From the IMG/VR virus record IMGVR_UViG_3300033402_000054, positions 1 through 26,930 of that record: a stretch of DNA of 26,930 bases; one strand, given 5' to 3'. Made by a program: the position numbers and the translations under genes. The notes beneath the pieces are model-generated. The model did not search any database. It was not told the DNA's origin and worked only from the letters and a program-made list of their open reading frames with translations. This stretch comes from a virus (lineage: Duplodnaviria > Caudoviricetes). Shown here one piece after another: positions 15,297 through 23,505 of the stretch (position 1 is its first letter; each line of letters starts with the position of its first letter).

Positions 15297-15556
15297 TCTA
15301 CCGTGCCCTGTTCGTCCTGTTGTTGCTGGCCGTCGCCGCGTGCCTGTTGTCCGGCTTCTGCTCGCCGGCCAAGGCCGCCGTCGTGACCGCCTACTGGGCC
15401 GACTCGCCACCGCAGCCGCCCAATGCCGGACAACTTCAGCCGGCCCCGCCGTCGCTGTTGCTGCTGCCTCCGCGCCGGGCTGTCGTCGTGGCGGGTCCGC
15501 CCGTGGTGATCTACCGCAAGCACTTCCACTTGCGCGGTCGGCCGCACTGGAGATAG
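15293..15556 (+). CDS. Small exported Pro-rich protein
   Basis: GGAGG RBS, hydrophobic signal ending AKA, Pro-rich body and basic C-terminus. Confidence 0.65.
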   Translation: MIYRALFVLLLLAVAACLLSGFCSPAKAAVVTAYWADSPPQPPNAGQLQPAPPSLLLLPPRRAVVVAGPPVVIYRKHFHLRGRPHWR

Positions 15557-15618
15557 ACGACTTCTAACTGTTTGCGATGAGTGTTGAATCGCGCGATGCG
15601 TGCCGGGTGGGCACGCAA

Positions 15619-15650
15619 GAACGGCCCAGGGAAACCTGGGCCGTTCCTTT
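15619..15650. terminator. Intrinsic terminator-like hairpin between convergent genes
   Basis: 12-bp perfect stem GAACGGCCCAGG / CCTGGGCCGTTC with GAAA tetraloop, followed by CTTT; U-tract is short. Confidence 0.7.
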
Positions 15651-15655
15651 GCGCT

Positions 15656-15895
15656 TCAGAGGTCGCGCATCTTCTCGACCATAAACCGCTGTAACGCGCC
15701 TCGGCTGGTCACCCAAGGGCCACCCACCTTTTCAGCCTGTAACTGGATCAGCCGCCCATCGGCCCCCTTGAGGCCAACGGTACACCAGCGCCGGATCGTC
15801 CGTGCGCTCACCAGTCCGCCCAAGAGGATACGGGCCTGCTTGAGCGTGATCTTCGGCTCCGTTGACGGCAGGTTGACGGAAATCAGATCGACCAT
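15656..15895 (-). CDS. DUF1580-like winged HTH protein (excisionase/MerR-like)
   Basis: ITLKQA...VSARTIRRWCTVGL....G.LIQL.AEKVGG.WVTS.GALQRF pattern; GGGGAG RBS before ATG 15895 (alternative TTG 15931). Confidence 0.8.
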   Translation of the reverse strand: MVDLISVNLPSTEPKITLKQARILLGGLVSARTIRRWCTVGLKGADGRLIQLQAEKVGGPWVTSRGALQRFMVEKMRDL

Positions 15896-16050
15896 TGTCC
15901 GCGCTCCCCGGTTGAAGGTATTTTCAGCCAATTAGTATCCCAAATCCGCCCAACGTGTGCAACAGCGGCCATTTGGGACTTTCAGGGTTTTGCCGGCGGC
16001 AAGAGGATTGGCGCGATGAGCCCCCCAATCCATGCCCCGGAGAATACCCA

Positions 16051-17373
16051 ATGTCGGTAGGACAAGTCGCCCAGCCCCAGCAGTGGCCCGGTAACGGCCA
16101 GCAGCCAGCCCAGCCCGTCGCCCCGCAGCAATTTGCCCCTCAGCCGCCTCCTCCCCCCGTCCAACAGCCGCCCCCGCAACCGCAGCAACCACCAGCGATG
16201 GCGGTCCCGCAACAGCAGCCGGCGGTTCCTCTCTGGCCGTCCGACCTTCTCCAGCAACCTCAGCCCGGTCAGCAACCCGGCCAGCCCGCGCAGCCTCAGT
16301 ACGAGCAGCAGTCGGTGCGCGACGCGCTTCAGCAACGCGGGTTTCCCGTCGAGCAGTTCCCCGAGGACGAGCAACTGCTGGACTACCTGGTGCAGCAGAC
16401 GGTGGCGGCCTCGAATATCCCGCAGCTCCAGCAACTCGCCCAGCAGGCCCAAGCCCAGCAGCAGGGTGGCGCTCAACAGGCGGCCACGGGCCAGCAGCCG
16501 GCGACCCCCGCCAAACCGGCTGCCAAGCCGTACTGGGACAAACCGCCGGAGTGGGACCCGCAGTTGGAAAACTTCCTCACGGAAAAGAACGGCGTGGTCC
16601 AAGTGCGGCCGGAGTACGTGGCGGTCGTCGATCCCAGTCTGCCGCGCCGGTACATGGAATTCCAGGACTGGCGGAAACGCGCCGTCAACAAGTTGCTCGT
16701 CGATCCGGCTGAGACGATCTGGCCCGGCGTCGCCGAGAAGGCCCGGGAAATCGCCCGAGAAGAAATCCGGCAGCAACAGAACGAATTCGAGCAGAGGCAG
16801 TTCGCCCAGGCGTTTGCCGCCGACAACGATCCCTGGCTCTATGCCCACGACGCCCAGGGACGGCGCCTCAGCGACCCGGTGACCGGGCGACACGTCTTCA
16901 GCCGCGAGGGCCAGGTGTTCGGCGGCCTCCTCCAGCAAGCCGCCATGCAGGGGCTCAGCGATCCCAGGGCCAGCGCCCAATGGGCGATGATGGCGCTGCC
17001 CTCCGCGCTTGCTCAACTGGGCTACGTGCCTCAGCAACCTCAGCAGGCACCGCCCGCGCAGCCGCAGATGGTTCCCATTGAGCAACTCGGCATGGCGCAG
17101 GGGCAACCAGGCTTACAGGCTGGGACCCCCCCGGCGTATCCCGGCTTCCAGCCGCAGCAACCGCCGGCGCAGCCCCAACAGCCCCAATCGCCCAACGACC
17201 GTTTCTTGACCAACGCGATGATCCAGCAGCTTTCAGCCCCGGGTCGCGGAGGTTCAGTCGCCGCTGCCAGCAGTCCGATTCCCGCGGGGCCGCCGCAGAA
17301 TACGCTCATCGACCCGCGGACGATGATGACCCAACTCTGTCAGCAGTTGGGTATCACCTCGACCTCTCCATAA
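16051..17373 (+). CDS. Gln/Pro-rich putative capsid scaffolding protein
   Basis: Immediately upstream of the capsid gene, low-complexity termini and helical core; GGAG RBS before ATG 16051. Function inferred from position. Confidence 0.6.
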   Translation: MSVGQVAQPQQWPGNGQQPAQPVAPQQFAPQPPPPPVQQPPPQPQQPPAMAVPQQQPAVPLWPSDLLQQPQPGQQPGQPAQPQYEQQSVRDALQQRGFPVEQFPEDEQLLDYLVQQTVAASNIPQLQQLAQQAQAQQQGGAQQAATGQQPATPAKPAAKPYWDKPPEWDPQLENFLTEKNGVVQVRPEYVAVVDPSLPRRYMEFQDWRKRAVNKLLVDPAETIWPGVAEKAREIAREEIRQQQNEFEQRQFAQAFAADNDPWLYAHDAQGRRLSDPVTGRHVFSREGQVFGGLLQQAAMQGLSDPRASAQWAMMALPSALAQLGYVPQQPQQAPPAQPQMVPIEQLGMAQGQPGLQAGTPPAYPGFQPQQPPAQPQQPQSPNDRFLTNAMIQQLSAPGRGGSVAAASSPIPAGPPQNTLIDPRTMMTQLCQQLGITSTSP

Positions 17374-17388
17374 CTAGGAGCAAACGCG

Positions 17389-18495
17389 ATGATGGCTAAC
17401 GACTGGGCCGGCGTGGTCAACACCACGGCGATCCACTACCTCAAGGGAGCGAGCGACCTCACGCTTCGCGACCGACTGGTGTTCCGCCGCATGAACGAAG
17501 GCGGCCGAATCACCTACAACTGGGACGGGCCGGAGGTCCAGTGGCAGGTGAAATTCTCCCTGCCGGAAACCCAGGCATACGGCGGCGAGACGCTCGACTT
17601 CGCGCCGTCCGACAAGTACCGGAAGCTGAACCTGGACTGGCGCGGCTACATCAGCCAGGACAAGCTGACCGAGAAAGAGCGGCTGATGAACCGCGGCGTG
17701 CCGCAACTCATCAATCGCTACGACGCGATCATGAAGGACATGCGCCAGTCGATGGAGGACGCCTTCTCCGGCGAAATCTACGTCAACGGCTACGCCACGA
17801 CGGACCGGATGCACGGCCTGGAGTCGTTCCTGGTGGACGACGGCCAGACGGCCTCCGGCGACAAGATCGCCGTGCCGTCCACCACATACGCAGGGCGACT
17901 GACGACGCCGGGCGGAGAAGCGGGGATCTGGTCGTCGCTGATGACGACGCCCCCCAGCACGCACCTCGGCAGCGATTGGCCCAACGGCCAGGGCGACCCG
18001 ATGTACGACTTCCTTTCGCCGAAGCTGATCAACATCACTTCGACGCAATGGAAGACGGCCGACACCACATGGGCCGACATCTGCCACCGCGTCATTCGCC
18101 AAGGCATCCTCTGGGCGACGATGACCACCGGGCGAGCCGGCCGGCCGGACCTGATCGTGCTCAGCCAGGACTTGTTCTACGACTATGCGAACTTCCTGGA
18201 GCCCCAGCAGCGGATCATCATTCCGTTCAAGGAAAACCAGGAAGTCGGCACGATGCCCGGCTACGCCTACCAGCAGGAAGGCGTCGAAGTGACCAGCGAG
18301 TTCCCGATCGCGCCGAAGACGGGGTACATCCTCAACACCAAGAAGATGGAGATGCGGTGCATGTATCCGCAGCTCTTCTATCCCCGCGGTCCCGAGTTCG
18401 ATCTGCGGTCGATGAGCCATCTGTTCCTGATGGCGTATTTCGGCAACATGGCCTTCGAGCCCAAGTATTTCGGCAAACTGTTCGCCTATGCCTGA
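17389..18495 (+). CDS. Major capsid protein (HK97 fold, predicted)
   Basis: 368 aa, AGGAG RBS, very strong codon bias, IY.NG......MHGL and PDLIVLSQDLF.DY motifs typical of this capsid group, position after a scaffold-like gene. Confidence 0.8.
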   Translation: MMANDWAGVVNTTAIHYLKGASDLTLRDRLVFRRMNEGGRITYNWDGPEVQWQVKFSLPETQAYGGETLDFAPSDKYRKLNLDWRGYISQDKLTEKERLMNRGVPQLINRYDAIMKDMRQSMEDAFSGEIYVNGYATTDRMHGLESFLVDDGQTASGDKIAVPSTTYAGRLTTPGGEAGIWSSLMTTPPSTHLGSDWPNGQGDPMYDFLSPKLINITSTQWKTADTTWADICHRVIRQGILWATMTTGRAGRPDLIVLSQDLFYDYANFLEPQQRIIIPFKENQEVGTMPGYAYQQEGVEVTSEFPIAPKTGYILNTKKMEMRCMYPQLFYPRGPEFDLRSMSHLFLMAYFGNMAFEPKYFGKLFAYA

Positions 18496-18568
18496 CCCGG
18501 TGCGCTTCACGCGGCGCTCGCGGGCGGCCTGACCTGAAACGATTACCCTGTTCGGAGATTGAAACGCA

Positions 18569-19231
18569 ATGGCAGACGTAGGAGCGAAAATCCTCGGTCT
18601 GGGCGAAGGCTGGTACGACATGGGACCCTACGGGGGCCAGTCGGGATCGGTGCCCGTGGCCGACTGGACGGGCGACTCCCTCAGCTACGAGGGACGCCGG
18701 CAAGTGTTTCTCGACAAGGGTCCGATGTTCGTCACCGGCGGCGTGCGGATGTTCCAAACGCGGTCCGGCGGCGATCGCATCACCCGCGTCGTCCGCAACG
18801 CCGGCGTGGTCAACCTGCTTCCCAAGCGGCTGGTCGGCTGGGCCAGCGGATACCGGCTGAAGCGCGTCGATCACTACTGCGCGACGACGGCCGATCCGAC
18901 CGTGGCCGGCGTCGTGGACGAATACTTTCCGCCGACCGGAGTCCCGGTGGGGCAACTGTTCAACCTCTCGGTCAAAGGCCCGACGCTGCTCAAGACCAGC
19001 ACCGCCGGCGACGCCAGCGGCACCATCCCGCTGGACACGGTGCTGGTGGCCAAGACCGCCAACGGCACCACGGACGCCGACGCGGGCCACCCGGCCCCGC
19101 AGGACTTGAGCGGGGCGACGGCCCTGCTCGGGGCTCAAATCCAGTACCGCATCGGCCGCGCCCTGTCGGCCATGACGAGCGGTCAGACCAGTGCCGACAT
19201 GCTGGTCGATCTGGAGTTGGACAGGGGGTAA
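18569..19231 (+). CDS. Putative capsid decoration/cement protein
   Basis: Gly/Ala/Thr-rich, directly after the capsid gene; VAGVVD...GV..G..F...VKGP and IGRAL motifs resemble cement proteins. Confidence 0.6.
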   Translation: MADVGAKILGLGEGWYDMGPYGGQSGSVPVADWTGDSLSYEGRRQVFLDKGPMFVTGGVRMFQTRSGGDRITRVVRNAGVVNLLPKRLVGWASGYRLKRVDHYCATTADPTVAGVVDEYFPPTGVPVGQLFNLSVKGPTLLKTSTAGDASGTIPLDTVLVAKTANGTTDADAGHPAPQDLSGATALLGAQIQYRIGRALSAMTSGQTSADMLVDLELDRG

Positions 19232-19244
19232 CCGATCGCACGGT

Positions 19245-19300
19245 GCGCCGGAGCCCCGGCTAGCTGCCCCGATCCGGGGCTCCGGCGCGTTGTCTTCTCT
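19245..19300 (+). terminator. Terminator-like or stabilising hairpin after the capsid genes
   Basis: 15-bp perfect stem GCGCCGGAGCCCCGG (19245-19259) / CCGGGGCTCCGGCGC (19274-19288), followed by pyrimidine-rich TTGTCTTCTCT. Confidence 0.65.
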
Positions 19301-19331
19301 GCTGGCTTTTACTTGAAAGGTCGCCATTTCA

Positions 19332-20873
19332 ATGCAGCCCCGGAAGTTCAAACTTGGAATTGCCCGCTTCCCCTACGCCGGCAACGGCGCTACCTCGTCG
19401 GAAATCCCCGAGATCGGGGACTGGCTGTTTCACGCTGGCCGATGGCTGCTGGAATGCCCCGAGATCGAGCGCGACGTGTGGCTTTGGCGCCGCGCCGACA
19501 CGCCCATCCCCATGGTGCGAAACGGGGCGGTCCTGGCGGCGCACCACGCCGGCGTCGACCTCTTGCTGATGATCGACAGCGACAACGCGCCCGACCTGTA
19601 CTCCCAGCCTCCGGCCGTTCCCTTCCTGAGCAGCAGTCTCGCCTTTATCCAGAAGCAATACGACAGGGGGCCGTGCATCGTGCTGGCACCCTACTGCGGG
19701 CCGCCTCCGCACCCGACGCGGGGCGGCGAAGAGTGCGTCTACGTCTTCCGCTGGGCGACGATTTCCAACAACGCACCCCGCGGCTACCGCTTGCAGCTTT
19801 ACCCGCGCGAAGAGGCGGCACAGCGGGCCGGTTTCGAGCGTGTAGCGGCCGGCCCCACCGGCATGATCCTGATGGACATGCGGCTGTTCAACTTCAACCA
19901 GAAAGAGCCGGACCAAACCAAGGTCAATCCGCCTTGGTTCGCCTACGAGTGGAACAACGACAAGGTGCAGGCGACCAAGGCGTCCACCGAGGACTGCTAC
20001 TTCACCCGCAACGCCAGCCTGGCGGGAATCCCCGTCTACTGCAACTGGGATTGCTGGGTGGGGCACTGCAAGCCGCAGATGGTGGGCAAGCCCATCATCA
20101 TCTATTCCGACCATGTGTCGGAAGTCTATCGCGATGCCGTGCTCCGCGGCCAGAAGAGCGATGAGAAGATCGTCGAACTGAACCCGGACATCCCAATCGA
20201 GGAGATCGACGAGATTCTGGGAACCGATCCAAGCGCGACGGGGCTGCCCGCGACAGGCGCCGGTGGGGCTCCGGTAGGCGACACCGGCCCGGCGCCGGAC
20301 GTGGGCGATTCTTGCGAGGGGGCGAAGGGCGGCGACGCCCCAGCCCCCGAGCAAGTTTACCCCCCCGCGGAGTCCCACGTCAAGACGGATGAGGAGGACA
20401 TCGAGTCGATCACGCAGATTGTCGCGGCGGTCGCCGAACAGGCCGGAGATCGTCCGATCACCGTGCTCAACATCGGGTTGAGCGAGTTCTACGATCGCTT
20501 GGCTTGGTTGGTCGGCCAACGGGGAGGAACCGTCTACGCGGTCGGGCCGATAACCGTTGTCCAGCGGACAGCCGAGGTCACCCAGAACACGGGGATAGGC
20601 TCGCAAGACGCCGCGGCGTTCTTCACGGCCCAGGGGATTCTGGCGGACCTGTTGTTCCTGCCGCTGGAGAGCCTGGATGCACGGACCGTACTCGGGCAGT
20701 GGCGACCACTGGTACGCCCCGGCGGCGTCATTGCCGGCACGGGCAGCGCGGCGGACCGCCGGCAACTCGCGGGCGCGCTTGGCCACGTCGTCAACCGCGG
20801 CGACATCTGGTTCTACGTCGTCCCCGAGCAAGGGCTGGAAAAGTTGCCCGAGGAGGCGACGGCGAGTGTCTGA
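19332..20873 (+). CDS. GT-A (family 2-like) glycosyltransferase fused to a degenerate class I methyltransferase-like domain
   Basis: RN..V, LLMIDSD (DxD), PTGMIL.D, PWF, TEDCYF, VGH.K motifs; acidic linker; C-terminal VLNIG, TVYAV, DLLFL, W.PLVRPGGVIAG. Confidence 0.75.
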   Translation: MQPRKFKLGIARFPYAGNGATSSEIPEIGDWLFHAGRWLLECPEIERDVWLWRRADTPIPMVRNGAVLAAHHAGVDLLLMIDSDNAPDLYSQPPAVPFLSSSLAFIQKQYDRGPCIVLAPYCGPPPHPTRGGEECVYVFRWATISNNAPRGYRLQLYPREEAAQRAGFERVAAGPTGMILMDMRLFNFNQKEPDQTKVNPPWFAYEWNNDKVQATKASTEDCYFTRNASLAGIPVYCNWDCWVGHCKPQMVGKPIIIYSDHVSEVYRDAVLRGQKSDEKIVELNPDIPIEEIDEILGTDPSATGLPATGAGGAPVGDTGPAPDVGDSCEGAKGGDAPAPEQVYPPAESHVKTDEEDIESITQIVAAVAEQAGDRPITVLNIGLSEFYDRLAWLVGQRGGTVYAVGPITVVQRTAEVTQNTGIGSQDAAAFFTAQGILADLLFLPLESLDARTVLGQWRPLVRPGGVIAGTGSAADRRQLAGALGHVVNRGDIWFYVVPEQGLEKLPEEATASV

Positions 20874-21444
20874 CACCATCCGCATTCCTCAGTTCGAGTT
20901 GACCCGTCCGTTGCGGGGGATGCAGCGGTGCCGCGATTGCGGGACCGAGTTGATGGCCTGCAACCTGAGACCGTGGTCCCACAACGGGCCTCCGCAGGCC
21001 AACGAGCCGGCTGAAACGTGGCTTTGCGACGAGTGTTTCGCTCTTGCCAAGGCAGCGCTGGACCTGAAGGCCCGCAATGCCCGGGCGCAACTGGTGCTGT
21101 CCACCCTGGCGGGTCGGCTCTCCAAGTTGGAAAACACGCCACAACTTGAGGACGAGGTAATCGAAGTCGTCAAGCAGTTTGGCGGTCTGGCCGGCTTTGC
21201 CAAGTTTCTCCACGCCGAAATTTTGCGTGCAAGCGAGCTCAAACCCGGCCATCCGTTCGTGATGAATGGGCTGTCGCTGGTGACTCGGATGGTCGAAGCC
21301 TCCAGCAAACTCAACCGCAAGACGATCCCCATGCAAGACCTGCCGGAGGAGGAACTGCTGCGGATCATCGGCGAGTCCACGTTGGCCATCGAGGCGCAGA
21401 CCATCAGGGTGGAGGGCACGCCCAATGCCGTCGCTGCTGGCTGA
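20866..21444 (+). CDS. Putative terminase small subunit with N-terminal zinc finger
   Basis: AGGAGG RBS, GTG start, CRDC...CDEC, helical body, C-terminal DLPEEELLRII; overlaps the TerL start. Mostly positional inference. Confidence 0.55.
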   Translation: MSDTIRIPQFELTRPLRGMQRCRDCGTELMACNLRPWSHNGPPQANEPAETWLCDECFALAKAALDLKARNARAQLVLSTLAGRLSKLENTPQLEDEVIEVVKQFGGLAGFAKFLHAEILRASELKPGHPFVMNGLSLVTRMVEASSKLNRKTIPMQDLPEEELLRIIGESTLAIEAQTIRVEGTPNAVAAG

Positions 21445-23173
21445 CGCCCTCAACGATCCCCTTTCGCAGACCCGCGAGGCGATGCGGGTGCTGGCGGAGC
21501 GCAAACGGGAGGCCCTGCGCCTGTATGAACCGCAGTCGGCGCAAGAGGCATTCCACGCTTCGCTGGCGTCGGAGCGGATTCTGCGGGGCGGAAACAGAAG
21601 CGGAAAGTCGATGGGGGCCTTCGCCGAGACGGCGAGGGCGGCCACCGGCCAGGACCCCCACCACAAGTACCCGACCCATCGGCCGCTGCTCATCTGGCTG
21701 ATCCTGTTCAACGAAGCGTACATCGGCCGGACGGCCCACCGGATGCTGTTTCGCCCGGGGGCCTTTCGAATCATCTTCGATCACGAGACCCATCAGTGGC
21801 GGGCCTTCCGTCCATGGCTGAAGGAGGACCAGGAGCGCATCAAAGAGGCGCGGCCGGCGCCGCCGCTGATCCCGCCGCGGTTCGTCGGGCCCAAAGGATT
21901 CGCCTGGCGCAGGAGCAAGGAACTGGTGTTCGCGTCGGTCGAACTGCGGCTGGGGCCGGACCACCCGATGAACGGCACGCGCATCTACGCCTTCTCCTCC
22001 GACGCCAAGCCGCCTATGTCGGACCCGGTAGACCTGATTCACATTGACGAGGACATTCAGGGCGGCGACTGGTACTTGTCGGAGCTGGAGGCCCGGCTGT
22101 CGGACACGAAGGGGCGCCTGATCTGGTCGGTGTTCCCCCACTCGAAGAATCGCGCGCTGGCCCGGCTGTCGAGCAACGCCAGAGAACAGGCGTCCTCCGC
22201 CAAGCCCGACGTGGCCGAGTTCCGACTGACCTTCAGCGGGAACCCGCACATCGACCAGGATGAAAAACGCAAGCGGCTGGCGGTTTGGGGCGACGAGGAG
22301 CGCAAGGCCCGCGACCTGGGCGAGTTCCTCTTCGACGCCGTGCTCTGTTACCCGGAGTTCAGCCCGGCAACCCACGGCGTGCCCAAAGAAGCGGGGGACG
22401 CCGCGTTCGGAAAGCTCGACCAGGCGATCCTGGACGCCCGCAAGTTGGGCAAGGTAGTCCCGGCCGACTGGACGAAGTTCATGATCCTCGACCCGGGCCA
22501 CACCGTCACCGCCGGCTTGTTCTTGGCGGTGCCTCCGCCGGCGATCGGCGACTTCGTGGTGGCCTATGACGAGATTTACCTGCGCCGGACCAACGCCGCC
22601 GAGTTCGCCGCTGAGATGGAGAAGCGAATGGCGGGCCAGTGGTTCCGCGCTTTTTTGATCGACGATCACCAGGGACGAAAGACGGAGAGCAGCGGCCGAA
22701 CCGTGAAGCAACAGTATTCCGACGAACTGCGCAGCCGGCGCATCGTCAGCGAGGTGACCGGCTCCAGCTTCCTCGCCGGAAGCGACGACATACCCGGCCG
22801 CATGACGGCCGTCCATTCCCTGCTGGCCATCCGGCAGGACGGTTCGACGAAGTTCCGCTACATCAGCGGGCGGCTGCCCAACATGGAGCGCGAGTTCGCC
22901 CTGTACCAGAAGCGGATCATGAAGGACCAGGCGCGGGACGAGCCGATCCGCGCCGACAACGACCTGATGAACGACCTGGAGTACGCGGCCCACTATATCG
23001 GGTTGCGCTACTACGTGCCCGTCCGCCCCGAGCGGGACATTTCGGCGGTCGTGAAGAAGTTCCGCGAATGGCGCGACATGGACAGCAAGAAGCGCCGCGC
23101 CGTGGGCGGAAGCGTGTTTCTCGGTCCGGGGCGTCCCGGATCGCCCCTTTTCACTAGGAGTGTCGCCAGATGA
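21425..23173 (+). CDS. terL: Terminase large subunit
   Basis: P..AQEAFH, Walker A GGNRSGKS, Walker B LIHIDE, nuclease ILDPG, YDEIY, C-terminal DNDLMNDLEY. Confidence 0.92.
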   Translation: MPSLLADALNDPLSQTREAMRVLAERKREALRLYEPQSAQEAFHASLASERILRGGNRSGKSMGAFAETARAATGQDPHHKYPTHRPLLIWLILFNEAYIGRTAHRMLFRPGAFRIIFDHETHQWRAFRPWLKEDQERIKEARPAPPLIPPRFVGPKGFAWRRSKELVFASVELRLGPDHPMNGTRIYAFSSDAKPPMSDPVDLIHIDEDIQGGDWYLSELEARLSDTKGRLIWSVFPHSKNRALARLSSNAREQASSAKPDVAEFRLTFSGNPHIDQDEKRKRLAVWGDEERKARDLGEFLFDAVLCYPEFSPATHGVPKEAGDAAFGKLDQAILDARKLGKVVPADWTKFMILDPGHTVTAGLFLAVPPPAIGDFVVAYDEIYLRRTNAAEFAAEMEKRMAGQWFRAFLIDDHQGRKTESSGRTVKQQYSDELRSRRIVSEVTGSSFLAGSDDIPGRMTAVHSLLAIRQDGSTKFRYISGRLPNMEREFALYQKRIMKDQARDEPIRADNDLMNDLEYAAHYIGLRYYVPVRPERDISAVVKKFREWRDMDSKKRRAVGGSVFLGPGRPGSPLFTRSVAR

Positions 23174-23505
23174 GTTTCTCTGCCCCGGAAGTGTGCGTAG
23201 CAGACGTCGTGCAGTGGTTCCGTTGCGCCAACATCCGCAACGAGCCGATCCCGGCAATCGTAATGCGTATCAAGGCCCCCGGCGTGCTGGAGTTGAAAGT
23301 CATCGCTACCGGCGGCACGGCGATGGTCTACAACTCCCGCCACATCGACGATCCGCAACTGGTCAACGGTCCCCAGGCCAACCGCGACGGACAGGGAGCG
23401 TGGCGACTGAAGGCACCGTGGCCGCCGGCCGCCGCGGCGCCCAAGCCCGGCCTGCCGAGGAAGGGCGAGCGCACGATGAAAGAGGAAGGGGCATTGAGTG
23501 GCTGA
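23170..23505 (+). CDS. Hypothetical protein between terminase and portal
   Basis: AGGAG RBS, ATGA overlap upstream and 8-nt overlap downstream. Confidence 0.7.
   Translation: MSFSAPEVCVADVVQWFRCANIRNEPIPAIVMRIKAPGVLELKVIATGGTAMVYNSRHIDDPQLVNGPQANRDGQGAWRLKAPWPPAAAAPKPGLPRKGERTMKEEGALSG

Noticed and set aside
18493-18568. Readthrough or frameshift fusing capsid to the decoration protein
   Set aside because: In-frame readthrough meets another TGA after about 15 codons, the next gene is in a different frame with its own GGAG RBS, and no slippery heptamer is evident.
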